Positions 1-8,972 of a stretch of DNA of 24,207 nucleotides are shown piece by piece; within the stretch, counting starts at the first letter, position 1, and every line of letters starts with the position of its first letter. A program made the position numbers and the translations under genes. The DNA comes from a virus (Duplodnaviria; Caudoviricetes): the IMG/VR virus record IMGVR_UViG_3300021089_000280, positions 1-24,207 of that record; one strand, given 5' to 3'. Below the pieces are notes generated by a model. That model searched no databases and was not told the DNA's origin. It worked only from the letters and a program-made list of their open reading frames with translations.

Positions 1-253
1 ATATAAATTAGATCAAGCAGAAAGACTCAATGCCCATCAGTTTAATAAATTTGAAGGGTGGATGTGTAATGCAGGATATCAAAGTTGTATTATTCGCGAA
101 CCGGGAGGAGAAATTAAACGTGCTTATAGTTGCCATGATGATCCTTTAGGTACTATTGAAGATGGATTTACTTTATTTAAAGAACCGAAGGTTTGTATAA
201 CACCGACTTGTGTAAGTAGTGCAGATAGTAAAATACCAAAAGAAAAAATATGA
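1..253 (+). CDS. 3' fragment of a radical SAM protein (C-terminal SPASM/Twitch-like domain); gene begins before the window
   Basis: The frame is open from position 2 (YKLDQAERLNAHQFNKFEGWMCNAG...), so ATG 62 is internal. NKFEGWMCNAG...SC...CITPTC..AD..I.K aligns by eye with the C-termini of 4495..5391 (NKFKGWSCTAG...TC...CTRDWCTCAADINLTK) and 3513..4514. Confidence 0.75.
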   Translation, partial: YKLDQAERLNAHQFNKFEGWMCNAGYQSCIIREPGGEIKRAYSCHDDPLGTIEDGFTLFKEPKVCITPTCVSSADSKIPKEKI

Positions 254-870
254 AAATAGATGTTAATGATATAGCTTATTGGATGGATGCAATCCGTGAT
301 GAAGATAATCATCAACGTTATCATATGCTAGAAAGCTTCTGGCACGGGCAACTTAAAAGTAAAGTTTGGTTATGTGAGGAACTTCCTAAAGTTACTCATG
401 CAACAACAAATAAAATAGTTATTTTTGGAGGGTGGTATGGAATTTTGGCTACAATGCTTTTTAACAGCGAACTTGGTGTACGACATATTAGATCTATTGA
501 TATTGACCCTGCGTGTAAAGACATAGCGTTAAAAATGAATAAAAAATATGAAATAGCTGAACCGTCTGCTTTTGAGGCAGTTACAGAAGATATGTGTAAT
601 TATGAATATACAGAAGATCCACAGATTGTTATTAATACAAGTTGTGAACATATTACGCAAGAACAATATGATACTTGGTTAAAAAAAGTTCCAAGCGATA
701 CATGGATAGTTGTACAAAGTAATAACTTTTCCTCACATAAAGAACATATTAATTGTTCTGATAGTCTTGATGATTTTAAATGGAAGTCAAAGATTACTAG
801 AGAGTTTTATTCAGGTACATTAGAATTACCTAAATATGATAGATATATGATTATAGGTAGAAAAAAATGA
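250..870 (+). CDS. Class I SAM-dependent methyltransferase
   Basis: Gly-rich motif I (VIFGGWYG), acidic motif II (SIDIDP), DM and INTSCEH segments; ATGA overlap with the next gene. Confidence 0.75.
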   Translation: MKIDVNDIAYWMDAIRDEDNHQRYHMLESFWHGQLKSKVWLCEELPKVTHATTNKIVIFGGWYGILATMLFNSELGVRHIRSIDIDPACKDIALKMNKKYEIAEPSAFEAVTEDMCNYEYTEDPQIVINTSCEHITQEQYDTWLKKVPSDTWIVVQSNNFSSHKEHINCSDSLDDFKWKSKITREFYSGTLELPKYDRYMIIGRKK

Positions 871-2288
871 CAGACAGTAACGAATATTGGTATAACCCTG
901 CAGACTCGCAGTTAGGAAAATGGCAACGTCAGTTAGAAGACGTTTCTAAATCTCCTACCTTCTGTGTTTTACCATGGATACATTTTGCAACAAGACCTAA
1001 TGGTGATATGCGTTTATGTTGTAGTGCTAATGCCAGCGGAGCGGCTACTGGTGATCATGAAGTAGGATTAGTAAAAATGGAACACGGCAAGCCTGCGAAC
1101 TTTGGCCGAGAAACACCAATGGAGGCATGGAATAATGACTATATGAAGTCAGTAAGAACTACTATGCTTAAAGGCCAAATTCCTGCTAGTTGTACTAAAT
1201 GTTTCCAAGAAGAAAAAATAGGTGTTGTTAGTAAACGAATTTGGGAAACAGGAACATGGTATAAAGACGGTGTAGATATTCCCGAATTAATTAAACAAAC
1301 ACAAGAAGATGGTACAGTTCCTGAACAGTTAATATATTTAGATTTACGTTTAGGTCATACGTGTAATGTTAAATGTGTAATGTGTAGTCCACATGATTCT
1401 AGTCAATGGGTTAAAGACTGGAAAGAATTAGTTCCGCAATTAGAAGATCCTGAAGTAAAAAGGCAAATGGCTTGGGACAAATCAGAGTTTAATAATAAGT
1501 GGCATGAGAAGGAAACGTTTTGGGAAGAAATGTACAAGCAAATTCCTAATTTAAAGCAAGTATATTTTGCTGGCGGCGAACCTTTAATGATTAGAGAACA
1601 TAAAACGTTTATTGAAGAAATTATACGTCAAGGCTATCAAGATAAAATCTTATTAAGATATAATTCAAATGGTATATTAGTAGATGAAGATTTAATTGAG
1701 TTATGGAGTAAGTTTAAGAAAGTTAAATTTGCAGTTAGCATGGATGCTTGTTTTCAACGTGATGAATATATACGTTTTCCAACGGAATGGTCAGTTGTAG
1801 AAAAGAATCTTCGTATGCTAGATAATACTCCTGATAATATACAAACAAGTTTAGCTACTGCTATACAGATCTTTAATGTAAAACACTTACCTGATTTTAT
1901 GAAGTGGAAAGTAGAATCTAAATTTAAAAAACTTAATTTGGGTACAGTTCCGGGTGGTACACAAATGGGTGGTGGATTAGTTAATATGCATTTACTTTAT
2001 ATTCCTACGTTTTTAAGTATACAAATATTACCTAAAGAAGATAAGCAAGAAGTTAGAGAGCGTTATTTAGAATTTAAAGATTGGCTGTTTATTAATTATA
2101 GACAAGATGATGAGTACTGGAAAATTAATCCCTATGGTTGGAAACGTTGGGAAGCAGTAATGGATCATATGGATGCACAAGACAATAGTCATTTACTTCC
2201 AGGCTTTAAAGAGTACGTAAACAAACTAGACGCTATTAGAGGATTAAAAGCGGCTAAGATTTTTCCGGAATTGAAACATTTATTATGA
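867..2288 (+). CDS. Radical SAM protein with N-terminal Twitch/SPASM-like Fe-S domain
   Basis: CNVKCVMC (CxxxCxxC), YFAGGEP, YNSNG; N-terminal FCVLPW...CC...CTKC cysteine set. Confidence 0.9.
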   Translation: MTDSNEYWYNPADSQLGKWQRQLEDVSKSPTFCVLPWIHFATRPNGDMRLCCSANASGAATGDHEVGLVKMEHGKPANFGRETPMEAWNNDYMKSVRTTMLKGQIPASCTKCFQEEKIGVVSKRIWETGTWYKDGVDIPELIKQTQEDGTVPEQLIYLDLRLGHTCNVKCVMCSPHDSSQWVKDWKELVPQLEDPEVKRQMAWDKSEFNNKWHEKETFWEEMYKQIPNLKQVYFAGGEPLMIREHKTFIEEIIRQGYQDKILLRYNSNGILVDEDLIELWSKFKKVKFAVSMDACFQRDEYIRFPTEWSVVEKNLRMLDNTPDNIQTSLATAIQIFNVKHLPDFMKWKVESKFKKLNLGTVPGGTQMGGGLVNMHLLYIPTFLSIQILPKEDKQEVRERYLEFKDWLFINYRQDDEYWKINPYGWKRWEAVMDHMDAQDNSHLLPGFKEYVNKLDAIRGLKAAKIFPELKHLL

Positions 2289-3520
2289 ACCAACAGTTTC
2301 TACTTAATAAATCAAAATACTTTTGTATGGCGCCTTGGACTCATATGCATAGTTGGCCTGATGGTAGAACATTTGCCTGTTGTCAAGTTCAACCACAAGG
2401 AACTGATCTAGATGATTACGGTAATATAAATGAAAAAAGCATATATGAATTATGGAATAGTAAAACAATTAAAAAATTAAGACTTAATATGCTTAATGAA
2501 CGCCCAAGTAACTCTTGTAAAAGATGTTATGAGATGGAAGCCGCGACAAGTCCTTCATTAAGAAAACAACTTAATAAGAAGTTAAGAAGTTATTTCGACC
2601 AAGTAAAACAAACTAAAGAAGATGGCGGGCATGATACACCTAAAATGGCATATTTTGATTTACGTTTTAGTAATTTGTGTAATATGATGTGTAGAACGTG
2701 TAGCCCTGCATTAAGTTCAATGTTATATGATGAAGAAAAAGCATATGGAAAGGTATCTAAAAAGTTTTTACAGATTAATGATCAGAAAAATTTTATGAAT
2801 GAGCTATGGCCACTAATGGATGATGTTAAAGAATGTTATTGGGCCGGCGGTGAACCATTAATAATAACTGAGCATTGGGATATAATGAATTATTGGGTTA
2901 ACAATGGACATAGTAAAAAAGTTACTGTTGTTTATAGTACAAATTTTCTTAATCTATTATATAAAAATCAATCAGTATTTGATTTATGGAATAAGTTTAA
3001 AAATGTAGAAGTAGTAGCAAGTTTAGATGGTAGTTACAAGAGGGCTGAGTATATACGTAAAGGAACCAAGTGGGAAACTATTGTTAAAAATAGAAAACAA
3101 ATGATTAAAGATACACCTAATACAAAGTTTAAAATTGGACCTACTGTTAGTATTATGAACATATGGCATTTGCCTGACTTTCATAGAGAGTGGTTAGAAT
3201 TGGGATTGTTAGATAAGCCAAACAAAGTACATTGGAATATTTTAACAACCCCAGAATGGTTTAATATTCAAGTATTGCCTAAAAGTTTTAAACAAGAGGT
3301 TGAACAAAAATGGAATAAACATTTACAGTGGTTAGAGAAAAATTATTTGGTAAAACAAGATGATAAAGATGCTATTGCTGGTGTTTTAAGATATATGAAT
3401 GCTTCTGATAAATCGCATTTACTTCCATCTACAATCGAAAAACTTAAATTTATAGATGGTATACGTAATGAGAATTGGCAAGATGTTTTTCCCGAGTTAG
3501 AGAGTTATATAAATGAATGA
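2285..3520 (+). CDS. Radical SAM protein with N-terminal Twitch/SPASM-like Fe-S domain
   Basis: CNMMCRTC, YWAGGEP, YSTN, SLDG; N-terminal FCMAPW...CC...CKRC; paralogue of 867..2288 (shared SHLLP...D.IR...FPEL tail). Confidence 0.9.
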   Translation: MNQQFLLNKSKYFCMAPWTHMHSWPDGRTFACCQVQPQGTDLDDYGNINEKSIYELWNSKTIKKLRLNMLNERPSNSCKRCYEMEAATSPSLRKQLNKKLRSYFDQVKQTKEDGGHDTPKMAYFDLRFSNLCNMMCRTCSPALSSMLYDEEKAYGKVSKKFLQINDQKNFMNELWPLMDDVKECYWAGGEPLIITEHWDIMNYWVNNGHSKKVTVVYSTNFLNLLYKNQSVFDLWNKFKNVEVVASLDGSYKRAEYIRKGTKWETIVKNRKQMIKDTPNTKFKIGPTVSIMNIWHLPDFHREWLELGLLDKPNKVHWNILTTPEWFNIQVLPKSFKQEVEQKWNKHLQWLEKNYLVKQDDKDAIAGVLRYMNASDKSHLLPSTIEKLKFIDGIRNENWQDVFPELESYINE

Positions 3521-4514
3521 GCAACTTAATAGAATAGTTTCAACACAACCTTCTAATGTTTTAGATATTAGATTCTGGCCAACTGATATTTGTGATTATG
3601 ATTGTACATATTGTTTTCCTGATTCTCATCCTGGAATACATAGGTATCCTAAAAATATTGATACTGTAATAAACAATTTCAGAACATTGTTTGATGTTTA
3701 TACTAAAAAATTTAATAAAACAGAATTTTGGTTGTGTTTAGTAGGTGGCGGCGAGCCAACCCTTTGGCCGCATTTTAATACATTTTGTAGAGAAATTAAA
3801 AAAGAACATAATGTTCGACTTAAAGTAACAACTAATGCTTCTAGAACTTTAAGATGGTGGGACCAAAATGTTGAATACTTAGATAGAGCAACGTTAAGTG
3901 CCCATCATGAATTTATAGATATAGATCATTTTATGAAAGTAGGTGATTTTTTATATGAATGTGATTTAAATATTGGGGCATTAATGTTAATGGATTGTGA
4001 GCATTGGGATAAGTGCGTTGCTATTGTAGAGAAGATGAAAACTAGTAAACAACCTTGGATTATTGAAGCTAAAAGCATTGTTCAATTCCCAGGTAAAGAT
4101 ATTAACTCTTATACTCAAGAACAAATAGACTATGTTGCAAATACTATTAAAAGAGTTCCAGACCCAAAGTACATATTAAAACATATTGATGATTTTAATG
4201 TATTTCAAAGTGTTGCTTTATTTAATGATGGTACTGCAACAACTATGAAGTCTGAAGATTATATTCATAACAAATGGAATTATTTTAATGATTGGACTTG
4301 TCATGTACCTATAGAAAATTTAGTTATAGTATATGATGGTACTGTTACAGGATCATGTAATGCAAATATTTTTAAAGATGCAAAAATTAACATTTTTTCA
4401 GAAACATTTAAAGAAGAATTTGAAGAAAAATCATTTGATTTAAAACCAATTAAATGTCCATTTAAGGTTTGTAATTGTTTACCTGATACTCATATTACAA
4501 AGTATATTTCGTAA
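3513..4514 (+). CDS. Radical SAM protein with C-terminal SPASM/Twitch-like domain
   Basis: CDYDCTYC, GGGEP, TTNAS; C-terminal WTC...SC...CPFKVCNC. Confidence 0.88.
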   Translation: MNEQLNRIVSTQPSNVLDIRFWPTDICDYDCTYCFPDSHPGIHRYPKNIDTVINNFRTLFDVYTKKFNKTEFWLCLVGGGEPTLWPHFNTFCREIKKEHNVRLKVTTNASRTLRWWDQNVEYLDRATLSAHHEFIDIDHFMKVGDFLYECDLNIGALMLMDCEHWDKCVAIVEKMKTSKQPWIIEAKSIVQFPGKDINSYTQEQIDYVANTIKRVPDPKYILKHIDDFNVFQSVALFNDGTATTMKSEDYIHNKWNYFNDWTCHVPIENLVIVYDGTVTGSCNANIFKDAKINIFSETFKEEFEEKSFDLKPIKCPFKVCNCLPDTHITKYIS

Positions 4515-5391
4515 GATTAATATCCGCGGCACAAGTACACCAATCTCGTGTACAAATAATATTTTCAGTTGGTCTTTTAAAAGTACCTTTATAGATATTA
4601 CCTAAACTACCCCCAACGCGACAAGTAGCACGATGTACATCACCATCCCAATTTACCATTAAACTTTCCAATCCTGCTGTACAGCTCCACCCTTTAAATT
4701 TATTGGTTTTATTAATAAGCAAGTCATTTACGTTACATTCAACCTTCCCATCAATTAAAGTATTAACAGGTGGATTGTGATTTTCGGTCTTTAAAAAGTC
4801 CAATTCTTCCTTAGAATAGCGTTCCAAATCTTCAAAAATATCATGTGCTTCAGTCCAGCGTATAGGACGTAAAGCATAGGGTATATTCGCTTTAGAAAGG
4901 CGTCTACAAGCTTCTGTAACGTCGTTTAAGCGGTGGTTTAGCATCATGACGTGTACAAGTACCATCTTGTTTTTAGATGCATTATATACGCTTATAATGG
5001 TCTCCAAAATACGTTCCCAATCGTACTCAAAGTGCAAACTAAACACTATATGATCTAAGTATTTGGATAGCATATCTACATAAAAATCTTTGGTTCTTGT
5101 TCCGTTTGTTGTTACATTAATCCAAGTAACTTTTGGGCGAGCATAATCTAAGAGGGCAGTAATGTCTGGGTGAACAAACGGTTCACCTCCTGTAAGGCTA
5201 ATTCTTACATTTTCAATTTTGGCTAATTCGTCAACGGCTTTTTTAAGTGTTTTAATATCCGTATGCGGACTAACCATATCATGAATTTCAGCTGGACAAT
5301 ACGAGCAATCGTAATTACATCGTTTACCCAAGTTCCATTCAACCTTAACACTTTTAGCATAATGTTCATATTTGTTCTCTACTCTAAACAT
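4495..5391 (-). CDS. Radical SAM protein with C-terminal SPASM/Twitch-like domain
   Basis: CNYDCSYC, LTGGEP, TTNGT; C-terminal WSC...TC...CTRDWCTC. Confidence 0.9.
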   Translation of the reverse strand: MFRVENKYEHYAKSVKVEWNLGKRCNYDCSYCPAEIHDMVSPHTDIKTLKKAVDELAKIENVRISLTGGEPFVHPDITALLDYARPKVTWINVTTNGTRTKDFYVDMLSKYLDHIVFSLHFEYDWERILETIISVYNASKNKMVLVHVMMLNHRLNDVTEACRRLSKANIPYALRPIRWTEAHDIFEDLERYSKEELDFLKTENHNPPVNTLIDGKVECNVNDLLINKTNKFKGWSCTAGLESLMVNWDGDVHRATCRVGGSLGNIYKGTFKRPTENIICTRDWCTCAADINLTKYTL

Positions 5392-6197
5392 CGTACAGTT
5401 CCAATCTTATCATATACTGAAAGAGTTCTTACAATGTCTTTATATGATTTATGATTTAATTCACTTGCTTCAAGATCAATTTTAGCTACAGGAATCATTC
5501 CAAAGCTATTTTTTTTAAAAGTAAGGCCTTTTTCCTTAAGCCATCGATTAATTTGCAATTTCCTTAAAACGTGCATAAGCCAATTAACATTTTTGCCAAA
5601 TTTTATCATAACATCAGAACTATAATGTGTTTGAGGTTCGTCTATAGTATATTCATCATTATCTTTAAAAATATCTAGCATATTTTTACCTACATGGCAA
5701 TAATTAATATATACTTCACCGAATCGCCATTTAAATGTAAAGTCATTATAATCTTCTAATTTTCGTCTAGGTCTATTTTTAAATGTTACAACGACTGTAG
5801 CCGCATTACCTCTTTTTTGTGATTCATATTCGTGAATTAATATATTAAATTTTTTAAGAGCTTCTTGAATATTATCAGGTGCGTTGTTAAACCAATCTGT
5901 ACCTATTGTAATTTCACCACGTAAGTTTTCAAAATAAGTATGTAAATAATTTAAATTAGTTTTGTCAGTGGCTCTAATATCTATTACTCTATCATAAGCA
6001 TTAATAATTCCAATTTGTTCATTAATTAACTTAACATAATTTTTCTTTTGTCCAGGCCAATCAGTAAATCTTGTGCTTTCGTCTATTTCATTATAATTTA
6101 TTAATTCTTCATACCATTTTTTAGCAATTTCAGTATCGTATGTATTAAAGTATACCCATTTACTATCTTTATTGTTTTTAAATAATATTTTAAACAT
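5379..6197 (-). CDS. Hypothetical protein within the radical SAM operon
   Basis: Long ORF overlapping both neighbours. Start moved from 6227 to ATG 6197, which overlaps the upstream stop at 6190-6192. No family recognised. Confidence 0.7.
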   Translation of the reverse strand: MFKILFKNNKDSKWVYFNTYDTEIAKKWYEELINYNEIDESTRFTDWPGQKKNYVKLINEQIGIINAYDRVIDIRATDKTNLNYLHTYFENLRGEITIGTDWFNNAPDNIQEALKKFNILIHEYESQKRGNAATVVVTFKNRPRRKLEDYNDFTFKWRFGEVYINYCHVGKNMLDIFKDNDEYTIDEPQTHYSSDVMIKFGKNVNWLMHVLRKLQINRWLKEKGLTFKKNSFGMIPVAKIDLEASELNHKSYKDIVRTLSVYDKIGTVRCLE

Positions 6198-7467
6198 AGT
6201 CAGCAAACTCAGGATTAATTTTATCAAATGGACCTTGCCTTCTTTCTGTATCTAATGTTTTATTAAATGCAATACAGTCTTGCCAATATTCTGATAAGTC
6301 CTTTGCTTCTAAGAAGTTTATATTATCAGTAATTTGTTGTTGTGTAATCTTTTTCAAAATAGGATGTTTTTTTACTAATTTATAGTTGTCTACTTTAGTG
6401 TACATATTAACTAGTTGTCTAATTACACTTTCTTTTAACGGTTTGGGCAAAACTTGGGCACTTAATACTCTTGGGTATTGTACTCTATGACTATAAAATA
6501 CTATTTCTAGTTTATCTAAAAAGTACTCAATAACTGTTGGCATTTGCAATACATTGTTAGCTTGAACAGTAAATGCACCAACAATTCTACTTACAGTTGG
6601 AATCTTTTTCATTTCTTTAACATTGTTTATAACTTCATTAAAGTTACCATCAGTACGAATGTATTCATAAATGTCCCATAAGCCGTCAATACTAACATTA
6701 ACTGCTACACTTTTAAATTTAGGCCAATACTCATGGACAGTTCGTTTACCTTTAATACCAAGTGTAGTTCCGTTTGTAGCATACTTAATTTCTATATCTT
6801 TACCATAGGGTTCTAACATATCTAAAATTTTATAATGCATAGGATCCATTAAGGGTTCTCCACCAGCAAATTCTACTCGTCTAAAGTGTGGTAATAACTT
6901 TTCAAAACTTTTCCACCAGTTAGGACTATCATCAAATAACCCTACATATGGTGCTTCAGTTAATCCTAATTTTTCTACAGCATCAACAAGATAATTGTTT
7001 TCAGCTTTATAATGATGTACAATAGATTTCCAATCTTTCCATTGTGTACTATCTAATGGATTACACATACGACATCTTAAGTTACACAAGTTATTAATTT
7101 TAATTTCCATAGTTGGCAATTCAAATGGCATTGTGTAATCGTCTTTTAATGTGTCTAATGCATTAGGATATAAGTTAATTCTTGATTCAGGAATAACATT
7201 ACTAATATGTCGTTGACGTAAACTTTGTACACCTTGGTCTTCTAAATCAAAGCACGGTTTACATACGTCAGGACGTTCGTTGTTTAAAACTTGTCTACGA
7301 ACTTCGAGCATTTTTTCATTGTTCCATGCTTCTTCTAATGTTTCGTTTTGTATCCAACCAATAGGTTGACTACGACAGCAAATTTTAATTGCGCCATCTT
7401 CTCGTGTTGCTAACCCTGTAAAAGGGTGCATACAAAATGTACATGATTTACAGGTTTCTTCTGTCAT
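6190..7467 (-). CDS. Radical SAM protein with N-terminal Twitch/SPASM-like Fe-S domain
   Basis: CNLRCRMC, FAGGEP, YATNG, SIDG; N-terminal FCMHPF...CC...CKPC. Start placed at ATG 7467 (ATGA overlap with upstream stop) rather than 7497. Confidence 0.88.
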   Translation of the reverse strand: MTEETCKSCTFCMHPFTGLATREDGAIKICCRSQPIGWIQNETLEEAWNNEKMLEVRRQVLNNERPDVCKPCFDLEDQGVQSLRQRHISNVIPESRINLYPNALDTLKDDYTMPFELPTMEIKINNLCNLRCRMCNPLDSTQWKDWKSIVHHYKAENNYLVDAVEKLGLTEAPYVGLFDDSPNWWKSFEKLLPHFRRVEFAGGEPLMDPMHYKILDMLEPYGKDIEIKYATNGTTLGIKGKRTVHEYWPKFKSVAVNVSIDGLWDIYEYIRTDGNFNEVINNVKEMKKIPTVSRIVGAFTVQANNVLQMPTVIEYFLDKLEIVFYSHRVQYPRVLSAQVLPKPLKESVIRQLVNMYTKVDNYKLVKKHPILKKITQQQITDNINFLEAKDLSEYWQDCIAFNKTLDTERRQGPFDKINPEFADYV

Positions 7468-8243
7468 GATATACTCTCGGCCTCCTTTATAGCCCATTCT
7501 CGTTCTTTACACCAAAAACACTTTCCACACTCAGGAACGGATTGTCCTGGAACATACGTTTTATAATCTAAGTTTCCAAAGACTTCAGGATAGTGTGTTC
7601 TATCACCCTCGCAACTACGAGTAAGTGATAATAGTCCTCTAATATTATGTTTATAATATTGTGCAATAATCCAATCTTTGCTTGTATAGATAAAAGGATG
7701 ACATACTGTTACGCCCATATGTTCTCTAATTAAAGGTGTTAGGTCTTCTGTAGGCTCAATATCTCTATCATCTAATTTACCTTTAAAATCTTTTGTAGGA
7801 TTTTTGTTTACACCGGCAAACCACGCATCAAGCCCATACCTAAATGCAATATATTCTGCGTGTGAGCGTAATATAATTTGATTACCGCTTTTTAATTTTC
7901 CATATTCATCAATAATATTAGGTCCTTTATCGCCCCATTCTAAATCGGGTGGAATAAAGTTTTGGTGCATAGTAAACCTATGATCAGGAAAGCGTTCTTC
8001 TAACCAATTATATACGTCTAATGCATTATATTTTTGCCACGGTCTAGTTTTCCACATTCTAATATTAGTTAAGATATGTATATTAGCTGTATGACTAGTA
8101 CTAGAGCATATTAAGTAAGCTAACAAGGCACTATCTGCCCCACCACTTAAACTAATACCTATATTTCGCCATGCTTGTAATATAGGAAATTCTACCTCGC
8201 CATACTTAACGATATTGTCAGCGTATTGTGTTTTTTCTAGCAT
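7464..8243 (-). CDS. QueC-like PP-loop ATP pyrophosphatase (divergent)
   Basis: PP-loop ISLSGGADS; PF...K..I; TRSC...CGKCFWC Zn-binding set as in QueC. The QueC RN and YPDC motifs are not seen, so no symbol is assigned. Confidence 0.7.
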   Translation of the reverse strand: MLEKTQYADNIVKYGEVEFPILQAWRNIGISLSGGADSALLAYLICSSTSHTANIHILTNIRMWKTRPWQKYNALDVYNWLEERFPDHRFTMHQNFIPPDLEWGDKGPNIIDEYGKLKSGNQIILRSHAEYIAFRYGLDAWFAGVNKNPTKDFKGKLDDRDIEPTEDLTPLIREHMGVTVCHPFIYTSKDWIIAQYYKHNIRGLLSLTRSCEGDRTHYPEVFGNLDYKTYVPGQSVPECGKCFWCKEREWAIKEAESIS

Positions 8244-8248
8244 TATTA

Positions 8249-8292
8249 TATTTACCGTAATTCTCTGGGCAGTTAATTACTTCCGATAAGTA
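8249..8292. promoter_or_regulatory. Divergent late-promoter-like motifs: TAAATA (minus, 8249-8254) and ATAAGTA (plus, 8286-8292)
   Basis: The only real intergenic gap in the enzyme cluster, lying between divergent blocks; motifs resemble the T4 late promoter TATAAATA. Confidence 0.45.
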
Positions 8293-8300
8293 TGTATATC

Positions 8301-8972
8301 ATGTTAAAAAATACATACATCTATCATGATGTGACTGAGATTGTTGATATATTACCGCCCTTGAAAGAAGGTAAAAATGATTTTACCAAACAAACTGGAA
8401 AATTTTTTTACGACCCGTGGGAGGTATTACCAGAGTATAAAGGTACATCATTAGAAGAATTGCATAATAAATTACCACGTGCTGGCCAAATGCGAGCTAT
8501 GGTAATGCATGAAGGTGATTGTTATTCTGAACACGCCGATATTGATGATAGATATCATTTAACAATAGATGCAGAAACTAGTTATTTGATTGACCTAGAT
8601 CATGACAAAATGTATCCTACATTAGTTAATAATACAGTTTACTTAATGAATGGTGGTACAATTCATACAGCCGCTAATTTCGGTCATGTTCCTAGAACAG
8701 AATTAGTAGTAAGACAATTACTAACTCATAATAAGTTAAAAGATCCTGTTAGATTAAATTTAGCTGTTAATTATGATGTATTTGATTTACGTTATCGTTT
8801 TGATCTTGTGTTTAGTCCTTGGTTAAACCGTGCAAATAAAAATGGTATAATTGATAATTTTGAACCTGTCAGTGAAAAACAAATACTTGTAGATTTAGAA
8901 AAAGAGTATCTAGACGAGTTTAAAGGTTTAATTGAATTTTCAGAATTACCAGTGGAGATGAAAATTGACTGA
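8301..8972 (+). CDS. Fe(II)/2OG-type (Asp/Asn beta-hydroxylase-like) oxygenase with C-terminal extension
   Basis: HxD...H triad (SEHADIDDRYH...IHTAANFG..PR). Start is 8301 or 8292. Confidence 0.65.
   Translation: MLKNTYIYHDVTEIVDILPPLKEGKNDFTKQTGKFFYDPWEVLPEYKGTSLEELHNKLPRAGQMRAMVMHEGDCYSEHADIDDRYHLTIDAETSYLIDLDHDKMYPTLVNNTVYLMNGGTIHTAANFGHVPRTELVVRQLLTHNKLKDPVRLNLAVNYDVFDLRYRFDLVFSPWLNRANKNGIIDNFEPVSEKQILVDLEKEYLDEFKGLIEFSELPVEMKID

Noticed and set aside
62-253. 63-aa ORF as a standalone Cys-rich RiPP precursor peptide
   Set aside because: The frame is open to the window edge and aligns with radical SAM C-terminal domains; it is a gene fragment.
3513-5391. Viperin-like identity for the short radical SAM proteins
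   Set aside because: They lack the NxH motif before CxxxCxxC and carry C-terminal Cys clusters that viperins do not have.
7464-8243. Assigning the symbol queC
   Set aside because: Substrate-binding motifs are not visible and the gene context differs; called QueC-like only.
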